Of a DNA stretch of 57,347 bases, positions 10,477-23,100 are shown in pieces. The DNA is taken from assembly GCA_024137785.1 (NCBI GenBank), contig JAHRHZ010000168.1, positions 55,839-113,185 on the forward strand, given 5' to 3'. The stretch comes from Ginglymostoma cirratum (Eukaryota). Position 1 is the stretch's first letter, and each line of letters begins with the position of its first letter. A program made the position numbers and the translations under genes. The notes under the pieces were generated by a model. It saw only the letters and a list, made by a program, of their open reading frames with translations. It was not told the DNA's origin and did no database searches.

Positions 10477-13400
10477 ACATAGAACATAGAACATTACAGC
10501 GCAGTACAGGCCCTTCGGCCCTCGATGTTGCGCCGACCTGTGAAACCAATCTGAAGCCCATCTAACCTACACTATTCCATTATCATCCATATGTTTATCC
10601 AACGACCATTTAAATGACCTTAAAGTTGGCGAGTCTACAACTGCTGCAGGCAAGGCATTCCATGCCATTACTACTCTCTGAGTAAAGAATCTACATCTGT
10701 CCTATATCTATCACCCCTCAATTTAAAGCTATGTCCCCTCATGCTAGCCGTCACCATCCGAGGAAAAAGGCCCTCACAGTCTACCCTATCTAATCCTCTG
10801 GTCATCTTGTATGTCTCTATTAAGTTACCTCTTAACCTTCTTCTCTCTAATGAAACAGCCTCAAGTCCCTCAGCTTTCCTCATAAGACCTTCCCTCCATA
10901 CCAGGCAACATCCTGGTAAATCTCCTCTGCACACTTTCCAATGTTTCCACATCCTTCCTATAATGCGGTGACCGGAACTGTACGCAATACTCCAAGTGCG
11001 GCCGCACCAGAGTTTTGTACAGCTGCAGCATGGCCTCATGGCTCTGAAACTCAATCCCTCTACCAATAAAACCTAACACACTGTACGCCTTCTTAACAAC
11101 CCTATCAACCTGGATGGTAACTTTCAGGGATCTATGCACATGGACACCGAGATCTCTCTGCTCGTCCACACAACCAAGAATCTTACCATTAGCCCAGTAC
11201 TCTGTATTCCTGTTACTCCTTCCAAAGTGAATCACTTCACACTTTTCCAGATTAAACTTCTCAGCCCAGCTCTGCAGCTTATGTATGTCCCTCTGTAACC
11301 TGCAACATCCTTCCGCAGTATCCACAACTCCACCGACTTTAGTGTCATCCGCAAATTTACTAACCCATCCTTCTATGCCCTCATCCAGGTCATTTATAAA
11401 AATGACAAACAGCAGTGGACCCAAAACAGATCCTTGCGGTACACCACTAGTAACTGAACTCCAGGATGAACATTTCCCATCAAACACCACCCTCTGTCTT
11501 CTTACAGCTAGCCAATTTCTGATCCAAACCGCTAAATCACCCTCAATCCCATGCCTCCGAATTTTCTGCAATAGCCTACCTTGGGGAACCTTATCAAACG
11601 CTTTACTGAAATCCATATACACCAGATCAACCGCTTTGCCCTCATCCACCTGTTTAGTCACCTTCTCAAAGAACTCAATAAAGTTTGTGAGGCACGACCT
11701 ACCCTTCACAAAACAGTGTTGACTACCCCTAATCAAATTATTCCTTTCTAGATGATTATAAATCCTATCTCTTATAATCCTTTCCAACACTTTACCCACA
11801 ACCGAAGTAAGGCTCACTGGTCTATATTTACCAGGGTTGTCTTTACTCCCCTTCTTGAGCAAGGGCACAACATTTGCTATCCTCCAGTCTTCTGGCACGA
11901 TTACTGGAGACAATGACGACATAAACATCAAAGCCAAAGGTTCTGCAATCTCCTCCCTAGCTTCCCAGAGAATCCTAGGATAGATCCCATCTGGCCCAGG
12001 GATCTGGTCTCATCTCACACTTTCCAGAATTGCTAAAACCTCCTCCTTATGAACTTCAATCCCTTCTAGTCTAATAGCCTGTATCTCAGTATTCTCCTCG
12101 ACAACATTGTCTTTTTCATGTGTGAATACTGATGAAAAATACTCATTTCACACCTCTCCTATCTCTTCGGACTCCACGCACAACTTCCCACTACTGTCCT
12201 TGACTGGCCCTAATCTTACTCTAGTCATTCTTTTATTCCTGACATACCTATAGAAAGCTTTAGGGTTTTACTTGATGCTAACTACCAAAGACATCTCATG
12301 TCCCCTCTTGGCTCTTCTTAGCTCTCTCTTTAGGTCCTTCCTGGCTAACCCATAACTCCCAAGCGCCCTAACTGAGTCTTCACGCCTCATCTTTACATAA
12401 GCCTCCTTCTTCCTCTTGACAAGAGATTCAACTTCTTTAGTAAACCATGGTTCCCTCGCTCGACTGCTTCCTCCCTGCCTGATGGGTACATACTTATCAA
12501 GGACACGCAGTAGCTGTTCCTTGAACAATCTCCACATTCCAATTGTGCCCAGCCCCTGCAGTTTCCTTCCCCATCCTATGCATCCTAAGTCTTGCCTAAT
12601 CGCCTCATAATTGCCTTTTCCCCAGCTATAACTCTTGCCCTGCGGTATATACCAATTCCTTTCCAACGCTAAAGTAAATGTAACCGAATTGTGGTCACTA
12701 TCACCAAAGTGCTCACCTACCTCCAAATCTAACACCTGGCCTGGTTCATTACCCAGTACCAAATCCAATGTGGCAAAGCCTGTTGTTGGCCTATCTACAT
12801 ACTGTGCCAGGAAACCCTCCTGCACACATTGGACAAAAACTGACCCATCTAAAGTACTTCAACTATAGCGTTTCCAGTCAATATTTGGAAAGTTAATGTC
12901 CCCCATAACAACTACCCTGATCCTTTCGCTCCTGTCCAGAATCATCTTTGCTATCTTTTCCTCTACATCTCTGGAACTATTCGGAAGCCTATAGAAAACT
13001 CCCAACAGGGTGTCCTCTCCATTCCCGTTTTTAACCTCAGCCCATACTACCTCAGTAGACGAGTCCTCATCAAACGTCCTTTCTACCACCGTAATACTGT
13101 CCTTGACTAACAATGCCACACCTCCCCCTCTTTTACCGCATTCCCTGATTTAACTGAAACATCTAAACCCCGGAACCTGCAACAACCATTCCTGTCCCTG
13201 CTCTATCCATGTCTCCGAAATGACCACAACATCAAAGTCCCAGGTACCAACCCATGCTGCAAGTTCACCCACCTTATTCCGAATGCTCCTGGCGTTGAAG
13301 GAGATACACTTCAAACCACCTCCCTGCCTGCCGGTACACTCCTGCGACCTTGAAACCTTATTCATGATCTCAATACTTTCAACTTTCTGTACACTGGAGC

Positions 13401-14644
13401 TACAAGTCAGGTTCCCATCCCCCTGCTGAATTAGAGCATTAGCAAATTCCCGCCCCAGGATATCGGTACCCCTCTGGTTCAGGTGCAGACCATCCCATTT
13501 GTAGAGGTCCCACCTACCCTAAAATGAGCTCCAATTATCCAGGTATCTGAATCCCTCCCTCCTGCACCATCCCTGTAGCCACGTGTTCAACTGCTCTCTC
13601 TCCCTATTCCTTGCCTCGCTAGCACGTGGCACGGGTAACAAACCAGAGATAACAACTCTGTTTGTTCTAGCTCTAAGCTTCCACCCTAGCTCCTTGAATT
13701 TCTGCCTTACATCTCCGTCCCTTTTCCTACCTATGTCGTTGGTGCCTATGTGGACCACGACTTGGGGCTGCTCCCCCTCCCCCTTAAGGATCCCAAAAAC
13801 ACGATCCACGTCATCACGGACCCTGGCACTTGGGAGGCAACACACCAACCGTGAGTCTCTCTCGTTCCCACAGAATCTCCTACCTGTCCCCCTAACTATG
13901 GAGTCCCCAATGACTAATGCTCTCCTCCTGTCCCCCCTTCCCTTCTGAGCAACAGCGACAGACTCTGCACCAGAGACCTGTACCCCATGGCTTACCCCGG
14001 TAAGTCATCCCCTTCAACAGTATCCAAAACGGTATACTTGTTATTGAGGGGAACGGCCACAGGGGACCCCTGCACTGTCTGCCTGTTCCCTTTCCGTCCC
14101 CTGACTGTCACCCATCTACCTTTTTCTTGTACCTGAGGTGTGACTACCTCCCTGTAACTCCTCTCAATCACCCCCTCAGCCTCCCGAATGATCCGAAGTT
14201 CATCCAGCTCCAGCTCCAGTTCCCTAACGCGGTTTCCAAGGAGCTGGAGTTGGGTGCACTTCCCGCAGATGAAGTCAGCAGGGACACAAATGGTATCCCT
14301 TACCTCCCACATCCTACAGGAGGAGCATGCATCTGCCCTAACATCCATTCCCATTGTTCTGAATTCTAAAAAAACAGACAATTGGGCAAAAAAACTAGTA
14401 ACTTACCAAATCGGTGGTCAGAACCTTTTTGGTTAGAGGAGGAGGATGGGTGGGAGACACTACTTTGGTAGTGTTACGGGTAAAGCAACCGCCCAAATAT
14501 ATTACCTCACTTACTCAACCGTCCCGTGTCTGCTCCTGCTCGACGCCCACTCCGCCTATTCACGAGGTAAATTTTTAAAGGAGAAGCTTACCTTCCCAGG
14601 CTGCCCTCGCGCCTCCTTTTGGACTCCCGCCACTGAAACAACTG
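10477..14644 (-). mobile_element. Full-length CR1 LINE (~4.2 kb) with a few frameshifts/stops
   Basis: ORF1 zinc-finger/zipper (14381-13992) and SGNH esterase (VVVHIGTNDIG, 13848-13519); ORF2 APE endonuclease (13365-12268) and RT (SKFADD, 11937-10671); (ATGTTCT)n 3' tail; TSD AAACGTAGA 10468-10476 / AAATGTAGA 14645-14653. Confidence 0.95.
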
Positions 14645-14705
14645 AAATGTAGACACAGAAACCTTTTCGTAGAGCATCTGCACTCTGCGACAAAAGACAA
14701 CACTT
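14645..14705 (+). mobile_element. Middle piece of the nested PLE (..FVEHLHS..)
   Basis: Supplies the GIY-YIG segment missing between YIGESKRR (10476) and PVANHFN (15321). Confidence 0.7.
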
Positions 14706-15320
14706 TCTTTCCTTCATCGAACGGGCTATTGAGTACAAGATTTGGCAGGTCATGTTACAGCTGTATAAGACTTTGGTTCGGCCACATTTAGAGTACTGCG
14801 TACAGATCTGGTCGCCACATTACCAAAAGGATGTGGATGCTTTGGAGAGGGTGTAGAGGAGTTTCACCAGGATGTTGCCTGGAATGGAGGGGCCTAGCTA
14901 TGAAGAAAGGTTGAGTAGACTAGGATTATTTTCATTAGAAAGATGGAGATTGAGGGGGGACATGATTGACGTCAACAAAATCATGAGGGGTATAGACAAG
15001 GTGGATAGCAAGAAGATTTTTCCCAGAGTCGGGGACTTAATTACTAGGGGTCATGAGTTCAAAGTGAGAGGAGGAAAGTTTATGGGAGATATGTGTGGAA
15101 AGTTCTTTATGCAGAGGGTGGTGGGTGCCTGGAACACGTTGCCAGCGGAGGTGGTAGACGCAGACACTTTAGTGTCTTTTAAGATGTATCTGGACAGGTA
15201 TATGGATGGACAGGGAGTAAAGGGATACAGACCCTTAGAAAATAGATCGGCGCAGGCTTGGAGGGCCGAACGGCCTGTTCCTGCGCTGGAATTTTCTTTG
15301 TTCTTTGCTCTTTGTTCTTT
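14706..15320 (+). mobile_element. 5'-truncated CR1 3' fragment inserted in the PLE
   Basis: LYKTLVRPHLEYC..LGLFSLERWRLRGD; (TTCTTTG)n tail at ~15293-15320. Confidence 0.9.
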
Positions 15321-15810
15321 CCAGTCGCCAACCATTTTAACACCCCCTCTCACTCGCTGGGTGACATGTTCATCCCGGGCCTCCTCCAGTGACACAATGA
15401 CACCACCCACAAATTGGAACAGCAACGCCTCATATTCCGTCTCAGGAGCCTACAGCCCGATGGATTTCACCAGTTTTAAAATTTCCCACCCCCGGCCTCA
15501 TCCTATGTCCAACCGTCTCTTTCATCCCGCCTCCTTGATCTGAAACAACCTCCATCTTCTCTCCCACCTATCCACCACACCCATCCCACAGACCAAGCCT
15601 CACCACTCCCTACCTGCACTCACCTATCACTATTCCAACTACAATCCCCAGCAATACCCCTCCTCTCTATAGTTATTTCCCAGCTCCCTTCCCCGTCCCC
15701 ATTTCAGAAGAAGGGTCCCGACCTCAAATATCAACTTTCCTGCTCCCCTGTTGCTGCCTGACCTGCTCTGTTCCTCCAGCTGCATACTGTGTTGTTTCTG
15801 GCTCTACTAT
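15321..15810 (+). mobile_element. PLE 3' end with degenerate hammerhead motif
   Basis: CCAGTCGCCAACCATTTTAAC (PVANHFN); pLTR with decayed core CAGAAGA..CAAATATC at 15705-15732. Confidence 0.8.
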
Positions 15811-17625
15811 CTGATCGTTGAGAGATTATTGCCAGGGTTACTCAAATGATTGAGATAAAGTTATCACACTTATATTATTGGCTATTAGAAATACTCCAAA
15901 TGAATCGAATCCGTTTACTCCATTTGAATTGACATTCAAACACAAAGTAAGAGGGCCTTCAATGTTAATTCGGAAAAAGTTGATAGGTCTGGAGTCAGAA
16001 GTCTTACAGTTGGATTATTTATCTGATGTAAGACAAAGATTAAACAGAGTAGGTGAATTAGCTAGATAATATTTGAAGGCAGCACAGCACGTAACAAAGT
16101 ACGAAGCAGAGAAAAAAATAAAATTCGACATTTGCCCATGGGGATATAGCATTGGTGATGTTTTCATTGGTAGGAAATCCTTTCAAATCAAGGTTTAGTG
16201 GTCCCTATTTGATTGAGAACACATTAAGTCAGGTGAGTAATCTGATGCCAGATAGGAAAAAACAAATATCAGGTATGTCGTCTGAACATGCTGAAACATT
16301 ACTGTGACAGGGAAAGGGAACCAGAGAAACAGGTGTTGTTTACTGTCACTCAGAGTGAGGAATAAAATCCGAATGATTTGGATTTCGATGTGCTTCACAA
16401 TAAATTGAATAACGAGGAAGTACTTAAGGAGTGGGATAGGGTAGTGAGTTATGTGTCCCAGAAACAGAAATCTGAATTGAAAGACTTGTTACAGTGCTAT
16501 GAGGACCTATGCAGAAATGGAATGGGGAGGGCTAATACCATAGTACATGAGGTTGATGTACAGAATGCTGCTCAGATAAACCAACATCTCTACTGCCTTA
16601 ATCTCTCAAAGCAGCACAGGTTTAGAAGAAAGCAGAAGCGATGCTCCAAGAAGGCGTTATGAAGGTGAGTCAAAGTGAGTGGAGTTCGCTGATCGTGCTG
16701 GTTCCCAAACCTAATGGTACTGTGTGTTTCTGCATAGAATATTGGAAGGTCAACACGGTGAACAAATCTGACTCATACCCAACTCCAAGGCTGGAGGATT
16801 GAGTGAAAAAAGTAGGACAAGCCACATACATCACAAAATTAGACTTACTTCGCAATTACTGGCATGTACCTTTGTCAGAGACAGCAAAAGATGTTTTTGC
16901 TTTTGTAACCCCAAATGGACTATATCAATTTAAACTGATGCCCTTTGGAATGGAAAATGCACCAGAAACTTTTGAAAGGCTTATGAACAGAAATGTTGTA
17001 AAATTGGCTAATTGTGTAGTCGACAAATATGACTTGTCATCTTCAGCCGTTCGTGGGAAGATCACATGGAGCATTTGGCACAGCTCTTTGAGACAGTACA
17101 GAAGGCAAAGTTGGTCATAAACTTGGCAAAAGCAGAATTTGCTGAGGCAGAAGTATCTCTTAGGGCACAACAACGGATACAGATGAATGACACTGAGAAC
17201 GAAAGCCATCAAGGAAGTCCCAAGATAATCCCCAAAGAAGGAAGTGCTATGATTTTTAGGATTCAGCAGATTCCACAGGAAATTTGTGGCAATCTTTAGT
17301 ATCGTGGTGTCACTGTTTACTGATTGGTTCAAAAAGAACACGAAATTTCGGTGGGCATATCAATGCCAGGTGGCATTTGAGAATTTACAACCAATGTTAA
17401 CCACTCCACCAGTTTTAGCCACGCCATTTTTTTAAATTCAATATCTCTATCAATGCAAACAATGTTGGTGATTAAGATGTGTTGTTACGTAAGGATTATT
17501 GTGGAATTAAAAGGCCCATCAGTTATTTTTCAAAAGAAAAAACTCCACTATCCACCAGAAAAAAAATTCAACCATTGAAAAAGAGCTAATGAGTTTGGTA
17601 ACGGCTTCACAATATTTTAATGTTC
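15811..17625 (+). mobile_element. Gypsy element 2 pol remnant (integrase C-terminus, RT, RNase H)
   Basis: FTPFELTF..VRGP, YITKLDLLRNYWHVPL, GLYQFKLMPFG, STIEKELMSLV; same INT-RT-RH order as element 1; protease and most of integrase absent. Confidence 0.9.
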
Positions 17626-18149
17626 CCCTAAGTCAGCTTTTCAATGCTTGTGTGGTCTCAAATCATATTCGTTGCAACTTTTCTTCCGCGTTCAGCTAGT
17701 TCAACAACAAAACCAAACAGCGAGTCTGGGAAGAGGGGTCACTGGAGGGATAATCAGCTGCAGTTTCGCTAATTACATCAACAGTTTTAATGAAAGCATC
17801 ATTTTCTCCTGCCCTTCTGAGTCATTGATTTGCGGGGTTGAAAATCTCTGTCCTCCTACGCACAAGGACTGGAAGTAAGACATTCTTTCCCAGATCCTCC
17901 CTCTTGGATTACCAGAAAATTGCTTGCGTCCCGACACTCCTTATTGCTGCTCTCTAGAGCCACTAGGTGGTACTTTGATTCGCATATGTCCATGGCCAAG
18001 CTGAGCTGCCTGACTCTAACAATTGCAGCTGCAATCATCTGCCATTAGTAGGAGCTCCCGGGTTTCCAAAATGTGCAGATCCCCAAAGTTTTCCAAACAG
18101 CTTCATTGCTTTCTGTTCCTCTGCAACAACATTGACGCTAAACTTCAGT

Positions 18150-18855
18150 CTGTTTCTCTCACTCCCACTTTCACTCACACTACCCGACTACCCATCATTT
18201 CTGTCTCTCCTTGTCAAGATCTTTCTCCGTCTCATACCATCCCTCCATCTGTACCCTCTCTCTCACTGACCTTCTGTCACATCCTCCCCTTGCTCCCTTA
18301 CATTCTTTCTGTCCAATACTTCACTTCCTCAATTCCCCCCTCACTCCTCGCCTCTCTCTCACTCTCACCTCTTTCTCATTCTCAATCTCTCTCCCCTCCC
18401 TCCTTTCTATCTCTCTCCCTTGCTTCTTCCTCCCGTATCACTCTCTATCTCTGTCTCAACAAGCCCCCACACGCAAACTCTTACTCTGTCTCTCACCCTA
18501 GCTCTTCTCACTTACTTATTCTCTCTCTTTGACATATCTCCATCCCTTTCTGTCAGAATCTCCTCTTCCTCTCACTCCCGGTCTCTCTCTCTCTCTCTCT
18601 CCCTCACCTTGTCTGTTACACATTGTCCCAAACCCGTTTTCTCACTTCTTTCGTCGTCTATCCATCTTATGCATCCTCTCTCTCTCTCTCTCTCTCATCC
18701 TCTCTCTTTCTAATTCTCTCAGTCTACACATGCTCTCCCTGTCTCTTGTTATCCATCTCCCTCACTCCCTCCCTCCGTCCCTCTCTCTTTCTCTCTCACA
18801 CAGTCTCGCTCTCTCACCCTCCACCACCTTAGTCTCCATTCCTCCTTCTGTCTAG
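18150..18855. repeat. CT-rich low-complexity tract
   Basis: Degenerate (CT)n/(CTCA)n, strongly pyrimidine-biased. Confidence 0.85.
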
Positions 18856-19739
18856 CCACGTCTTCCTGGCTGCACCCTGCTAATACTCCGTTGTTGATGC
18901 CACAGTCCTTCTCTCCTTCTTCCCCATGCGTTAAAACTGAGGAAAATTGCACCCAGTCTTGCCATCAGACTCAAGTCACTACCTTCATGATGTGAACTCT
19001 GTAATTGCAGCTGGCAGACCCATGTGGTACTGAGTAAATGCAGCACTGTCAGAGGTAACATTTGGCTGCCCCTGAGAGTGAAGTTCAAACCCAGGCTTTG
19101 AGATCTTTGTGCAAGAAGAAAAAGTGGATTCGTGGGTCGGGCGGGGATAACACTAGCATGACCAATGTATATCTGAAAATAGAGGCCCCTAGGTTGACAT
19201 TAGGGGCAAGAGTTGAGGTAAGGTTCAGATTGAATGGTGGAGCAGGTTTGTAGGGCCAAATGGCCTTCTCCTGCTCCTAGTTTTGGTGTCACCCCTCTGG
19301 CTCTCTGGCTGTTGCTGTGCCTCACAGATGTCGAAGTGGTTTTTGGTATCTAAGCGCCTAGTTCAAATTGGTTGACTGAATTCGAAACTTGTTGCCTTGG
19401 TAAAAACTGCTGCTTGGCAGGCTAACTATATGGCCTTTCAATACAAATATTTCAATTCAGGCATCGCAGAGCACTAGCAAACTTTCAAGTTGCTGCTCAC
19501 AGACATCCATTTTAAATCTCTAAGCATAGAAAGAAAAACAAATTATCTTTTAAAGGATACAATGCTTTTAGCCCTAGCATTTTACAAATTCTAACCTCCT
19601 GCCTCCCATACCACAAGTACTCTACCCAATTTCCCCACACTACTGACACCTCCTGAGCAAAACTGATCTCAGAAATTCTTCATTAAGCCAGAAATGACTT
19701 AATTAAAAATTAATTGAGCCCTGATGAATTCAGTCCTTG

Positions 19740-20135
19740 GCAAAGGTGTAGAGTGCGATTTACTAGAATAGGTTCAGGGACAAGGGCTTCAGTTCCCACA
19801 GAGATAGAGAGAGACTGGTAGAAGCAAGGATGGTCGTCCTCGAAGTAGAGAATGTCCAGGGAGAGATTGAAGCGAGATGTTCATCTTTTTGAGGAAAGGG
19901 TTTCCAATCGAGAGAATGACAGGGAAACCGTGCCCATTGGAAGGAGGGTCGCTAACCAGAGGATGGACACGGATTGAAGTGAGTCAGAAAATGAACCTCA
20001 GGGTGGCGAGGCGGGGAAAGAAGCCGAATTTGTACTTTTGACGCAGCGAGTTGTTGTGATCTGGAATACACTGCGTGAAAGACAACAGATTCAAATGAGA
20101 CTTTCAAAGGTGAGAAGTGGTGGGTTGGTGGGAAA
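19740..20135 (+). mobile_element. Degraded CR1 3' fragment
   Basis: FTRI..RGD..FTQRVVVIWNTL-like remnants. Confidence 0.55.
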
Positions 20136-20214
20136 CAGAGAAATGCTCGAAGAAGAAATATTTTCGGGGGGCGTTGTGTGGAAATACATGCCATTAATTC
20201 AAGCGATCATCATA

Positions 20215-20305
20215 ACAGCCTGATGAAGGAACAGCGCTTTGAAAGCTTATGATTTTAAATGCACCTGTTGGACTATACCCTGGTGTCGTGTGACTTCTGA
20301 CATTA
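20215..20305 (+). mobile_element. Short PLE terminal-repeat fragment (third family) with hammerhead motif
   Basis: CTGATGA(20220-20226)-AGGAACAGCGCTTT-GAAAGCTT(20241-20248), palindromic AGCT stem III. Confidence 0.6.
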
Positions 20306-20762
20306 ATCCTACCAATGCCTCTCATGAATTTATAAACTTTTGTAAGGTCACTCCTCGGCCTTCAATGTTCCACGATAAAAGAGCCCCAGCCTATTCAGCC
20401 AAGTCCTATCGCTCAACCCCTCCAATCCTGGCAACATCCTTGTCAATGTTTTCTGAAACTTTTCAAGTTCACCAACATCTTTCCTATAATAGGGAGACTC
20501 GGACTGAATGCAGTATTCTAAAAGTTTTTCAACCAACGTCCTGTACGGCCACAACATGATATCCCAACTCCTAAACTCAATGAATTTTGAATGAATGTGA
20601 GCATGCCAAACACTTTCTTCAGCACACTGTCCAAATGCAACTTCACTTTCAAAGAACAACGCACCTGAATTCCCTGCTCTCTGTTTGGAAACACTCCTCA
20701 GGGGGCTACCATTAACTGCAAAGGTCCTGTCCTGATTTCTCTTACCAAAATGCAATACTTCA
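20306..20762 (-). mobile_element. CR1 ORF2 3' fragment
   Basis: HFGKRN..LEYCIQ..RMLPGLEGLS..RLGLF. Confidence 0.85.
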
Positions 20763-20764
20763 TG

Positions 20765-23100
20765 ATGGTGTAGGAGATGAAGGAGTATATAGTGAGAGGG
20801 AGGTAACAGTGGCTGGAGGAGGAGGGATCTCGTGAAGAATGCAACAGCTGGAAAAATATCAGGGATAGGGAACGATGCAGTGACTGGAGGAGGTCACAGA
20901 GATAGCACAGACGTAGGATTTAAAGAGGATGCCAGAAATAGAGCGGGAAGTCAGCACTGGAGGAGGTGAGAGAGGTAGGGATTGCCATAGAGATTGGAGG
21001 AGGTTAAAGCGACAGCGAGTAGTGTAAGTACAAGAAGGGGCTACAAACAGAGGAACGAGCATAGAGACTGGACGGAGCTACAGAGATAAGGGGCGGTATA
21101 GGGGCTGGAGGGGCTTCCAAAGATAGTGAGGGATGAAGGAGCTGGGCAAGATTACAGAGGAAAGGAGAGGTGAAGACGTGGGAGGAGGCTACAGAGTTAA
21201 GGTGAGATGTAGGTGTGGGAAGAAGTTACAAAGGTGGAGAGATATGTTGGGGCTAGCGTTGCCTACAGAGTAAGGAAGATGTGTAGTAGCTGTAGAATGT
21301 CGCAGAGATAGAGAGGGATGAAGGGCAGGAGGAGGTGACAGAGGTAGGGAAGCGTGTATGGACTGGAGGTGGTGAAAAAAAGGGAGGGATGTTGGGTTTG
21401 GAGCAGGGGACAGAGATAGCGAGGAATGTCGGGACTAGAGGGTGTAATAGAGATAGGGAGGGCTGTAGGGGCGGTGACAGAAATGCGGATAGGTGTAGTG
21501 GCTGGATTATGTGTCAGAGTTAGGAAGAGTGTTATTGTTGGAGGAAGTTACAGAGCTAGGCAGTGGTGTAGGGGCTTGAGGAGGTTGCAGAGATAGCGAG
21601 GGTTGTATGGACTGAAGGTGCTAAAAGGGATAGGGATTGGATGTAGAATTTTGAGTAAGCTACAGCGATGGCGAGGGATGTAGGTGCTGGAGGAGGCTAA
21701 GTGAAAGTGAGCGAGATGTGCCTGCAGATGCTCACACAGAAAGGGAGAGGTGAAGGGACTGGAGAGGGTGACAGAGACTAGGCGGGGTGACAGTTCTGGA
21801 ACAGGTTGCAGATATCGTGTGTGGGTGTAGGTGTTAAAGGAGTTTACTGAGATATGAGGGGTGCAGGGAGAGGCTGTTATGGAGATAGGGACTGGGTGTA
21901 AAGGATGGAGCGTGTTACAGAATTAGCGAAGGAGGTAGGAGCTAGACGATGCTGCAGGGATATTGAGGGGTATAGTGGATAGAGTTGCTTACAATGATTG
22001 AGAAAGGAGAAGAGATTGGAGGGTCATCAGAGAAAGGGAATGATGTAGCGGCTGAGGAAAGTGACAGAGGTAACAGGAGTGTCGGAATGGAAGAGGTTAT
22101 AGAGATAAGGAAAGTGTTTGAAGAGGTGACAGAGTTAGATGGTGGTGTGGAGTTGGATGCAGTGACAGAAATAAGAGGGGCTGTTGGGGTGGAGGTGGTT
22201 ACAGAGATAGGGAGAGATGCAAGCACTGGAGAAAGTGACAGACATATGGACGATTGGAGAGGCTGCAGCAGTTTGCAGACATAAGGAAGGATGTAGTGTT
22301 TGGGAACGGTAGCAGAGGGGTGCAGGGGCTGGTGGAAGTTACAGAGACAGTGAGGATGTAGGGGCTGAAGGATTTGACAGAGATGGAGATGCGTGTTGAA
22401 GTTGGAGGAGGTGACAGGGAATGGAGTAGTGTAGGAGTTGGAGGAGTTACAAGAGTTAGGGAGTGATGAAGGGAATGGAGGAAATTACACAGATGGAGTT
22501 ATGTGGGGACTGGACGGGACTTCAAGGATAGGGAGGAGTGTAGGGGCTGGAGGAGGCTACGGAGATAAGGAGTGGTGTGGAGGAGGTGACAGAGTTAAGG
22601 AAGGGTGTTGGGATGGAGGTGGTTATTGAGGTAGGGAGTGGTGTAGGAGATGATGGACGTCACAGAGGTAGGAAGTGTGCAACGGCTGGAAGAGTCTACA
22701 GAGATACTGAGACGTTTACACTAGGGAGGAGGTTACAGAGATAAGGAGGGTGTATAGGGGCTGATAAAAGTAACAGAGGTATGGAGGGATGCAGGATCTC
22801 GAGGAGGTTACAGTGACAGGGAAGACTTTCGGGGCTGAGGTTGTGACAGAAACTGCCAGGGCCATACGGGCTAATGAATTATCAGAAATAGGAAGAGGTG
22901 TAGGAGCTGAAGGTGGTTACAGAGACATGGAAAGATGTAGGAGATGGAGGGTGTTTCAGAGTTCAGGAGGTTTATAATGGATGAAGTCTGTTGCAGAGAC
23001 AGGAGGGGTGTTAGGAATGGAGTGTGTCACAGAGATATGAAGTGATGTAGGAACTGGAGTAGTTTACAGAAACAGAGAGGGATGTGGGAGCTAGATGATT
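20765..23100. repeat. Purine-rich degenerate ~37-bp satellite, array 1
   Basis: Units approximate GGGGCTGGAGGAGGTTACAGAGATAGGGAGGGGTGTA. Confidence 0.9.

Noticed and set aside
18023-18952. Ser/Leu-rich ORFs
   Set aside because: Products of CT low-complexity sequence.
21335-22977. Gly/Glu-rich ORFs in the purine-rich arrays (also 25201, 26653)
   Set aside because: Translations of degenerate satellite DNA with no domain or splice support.
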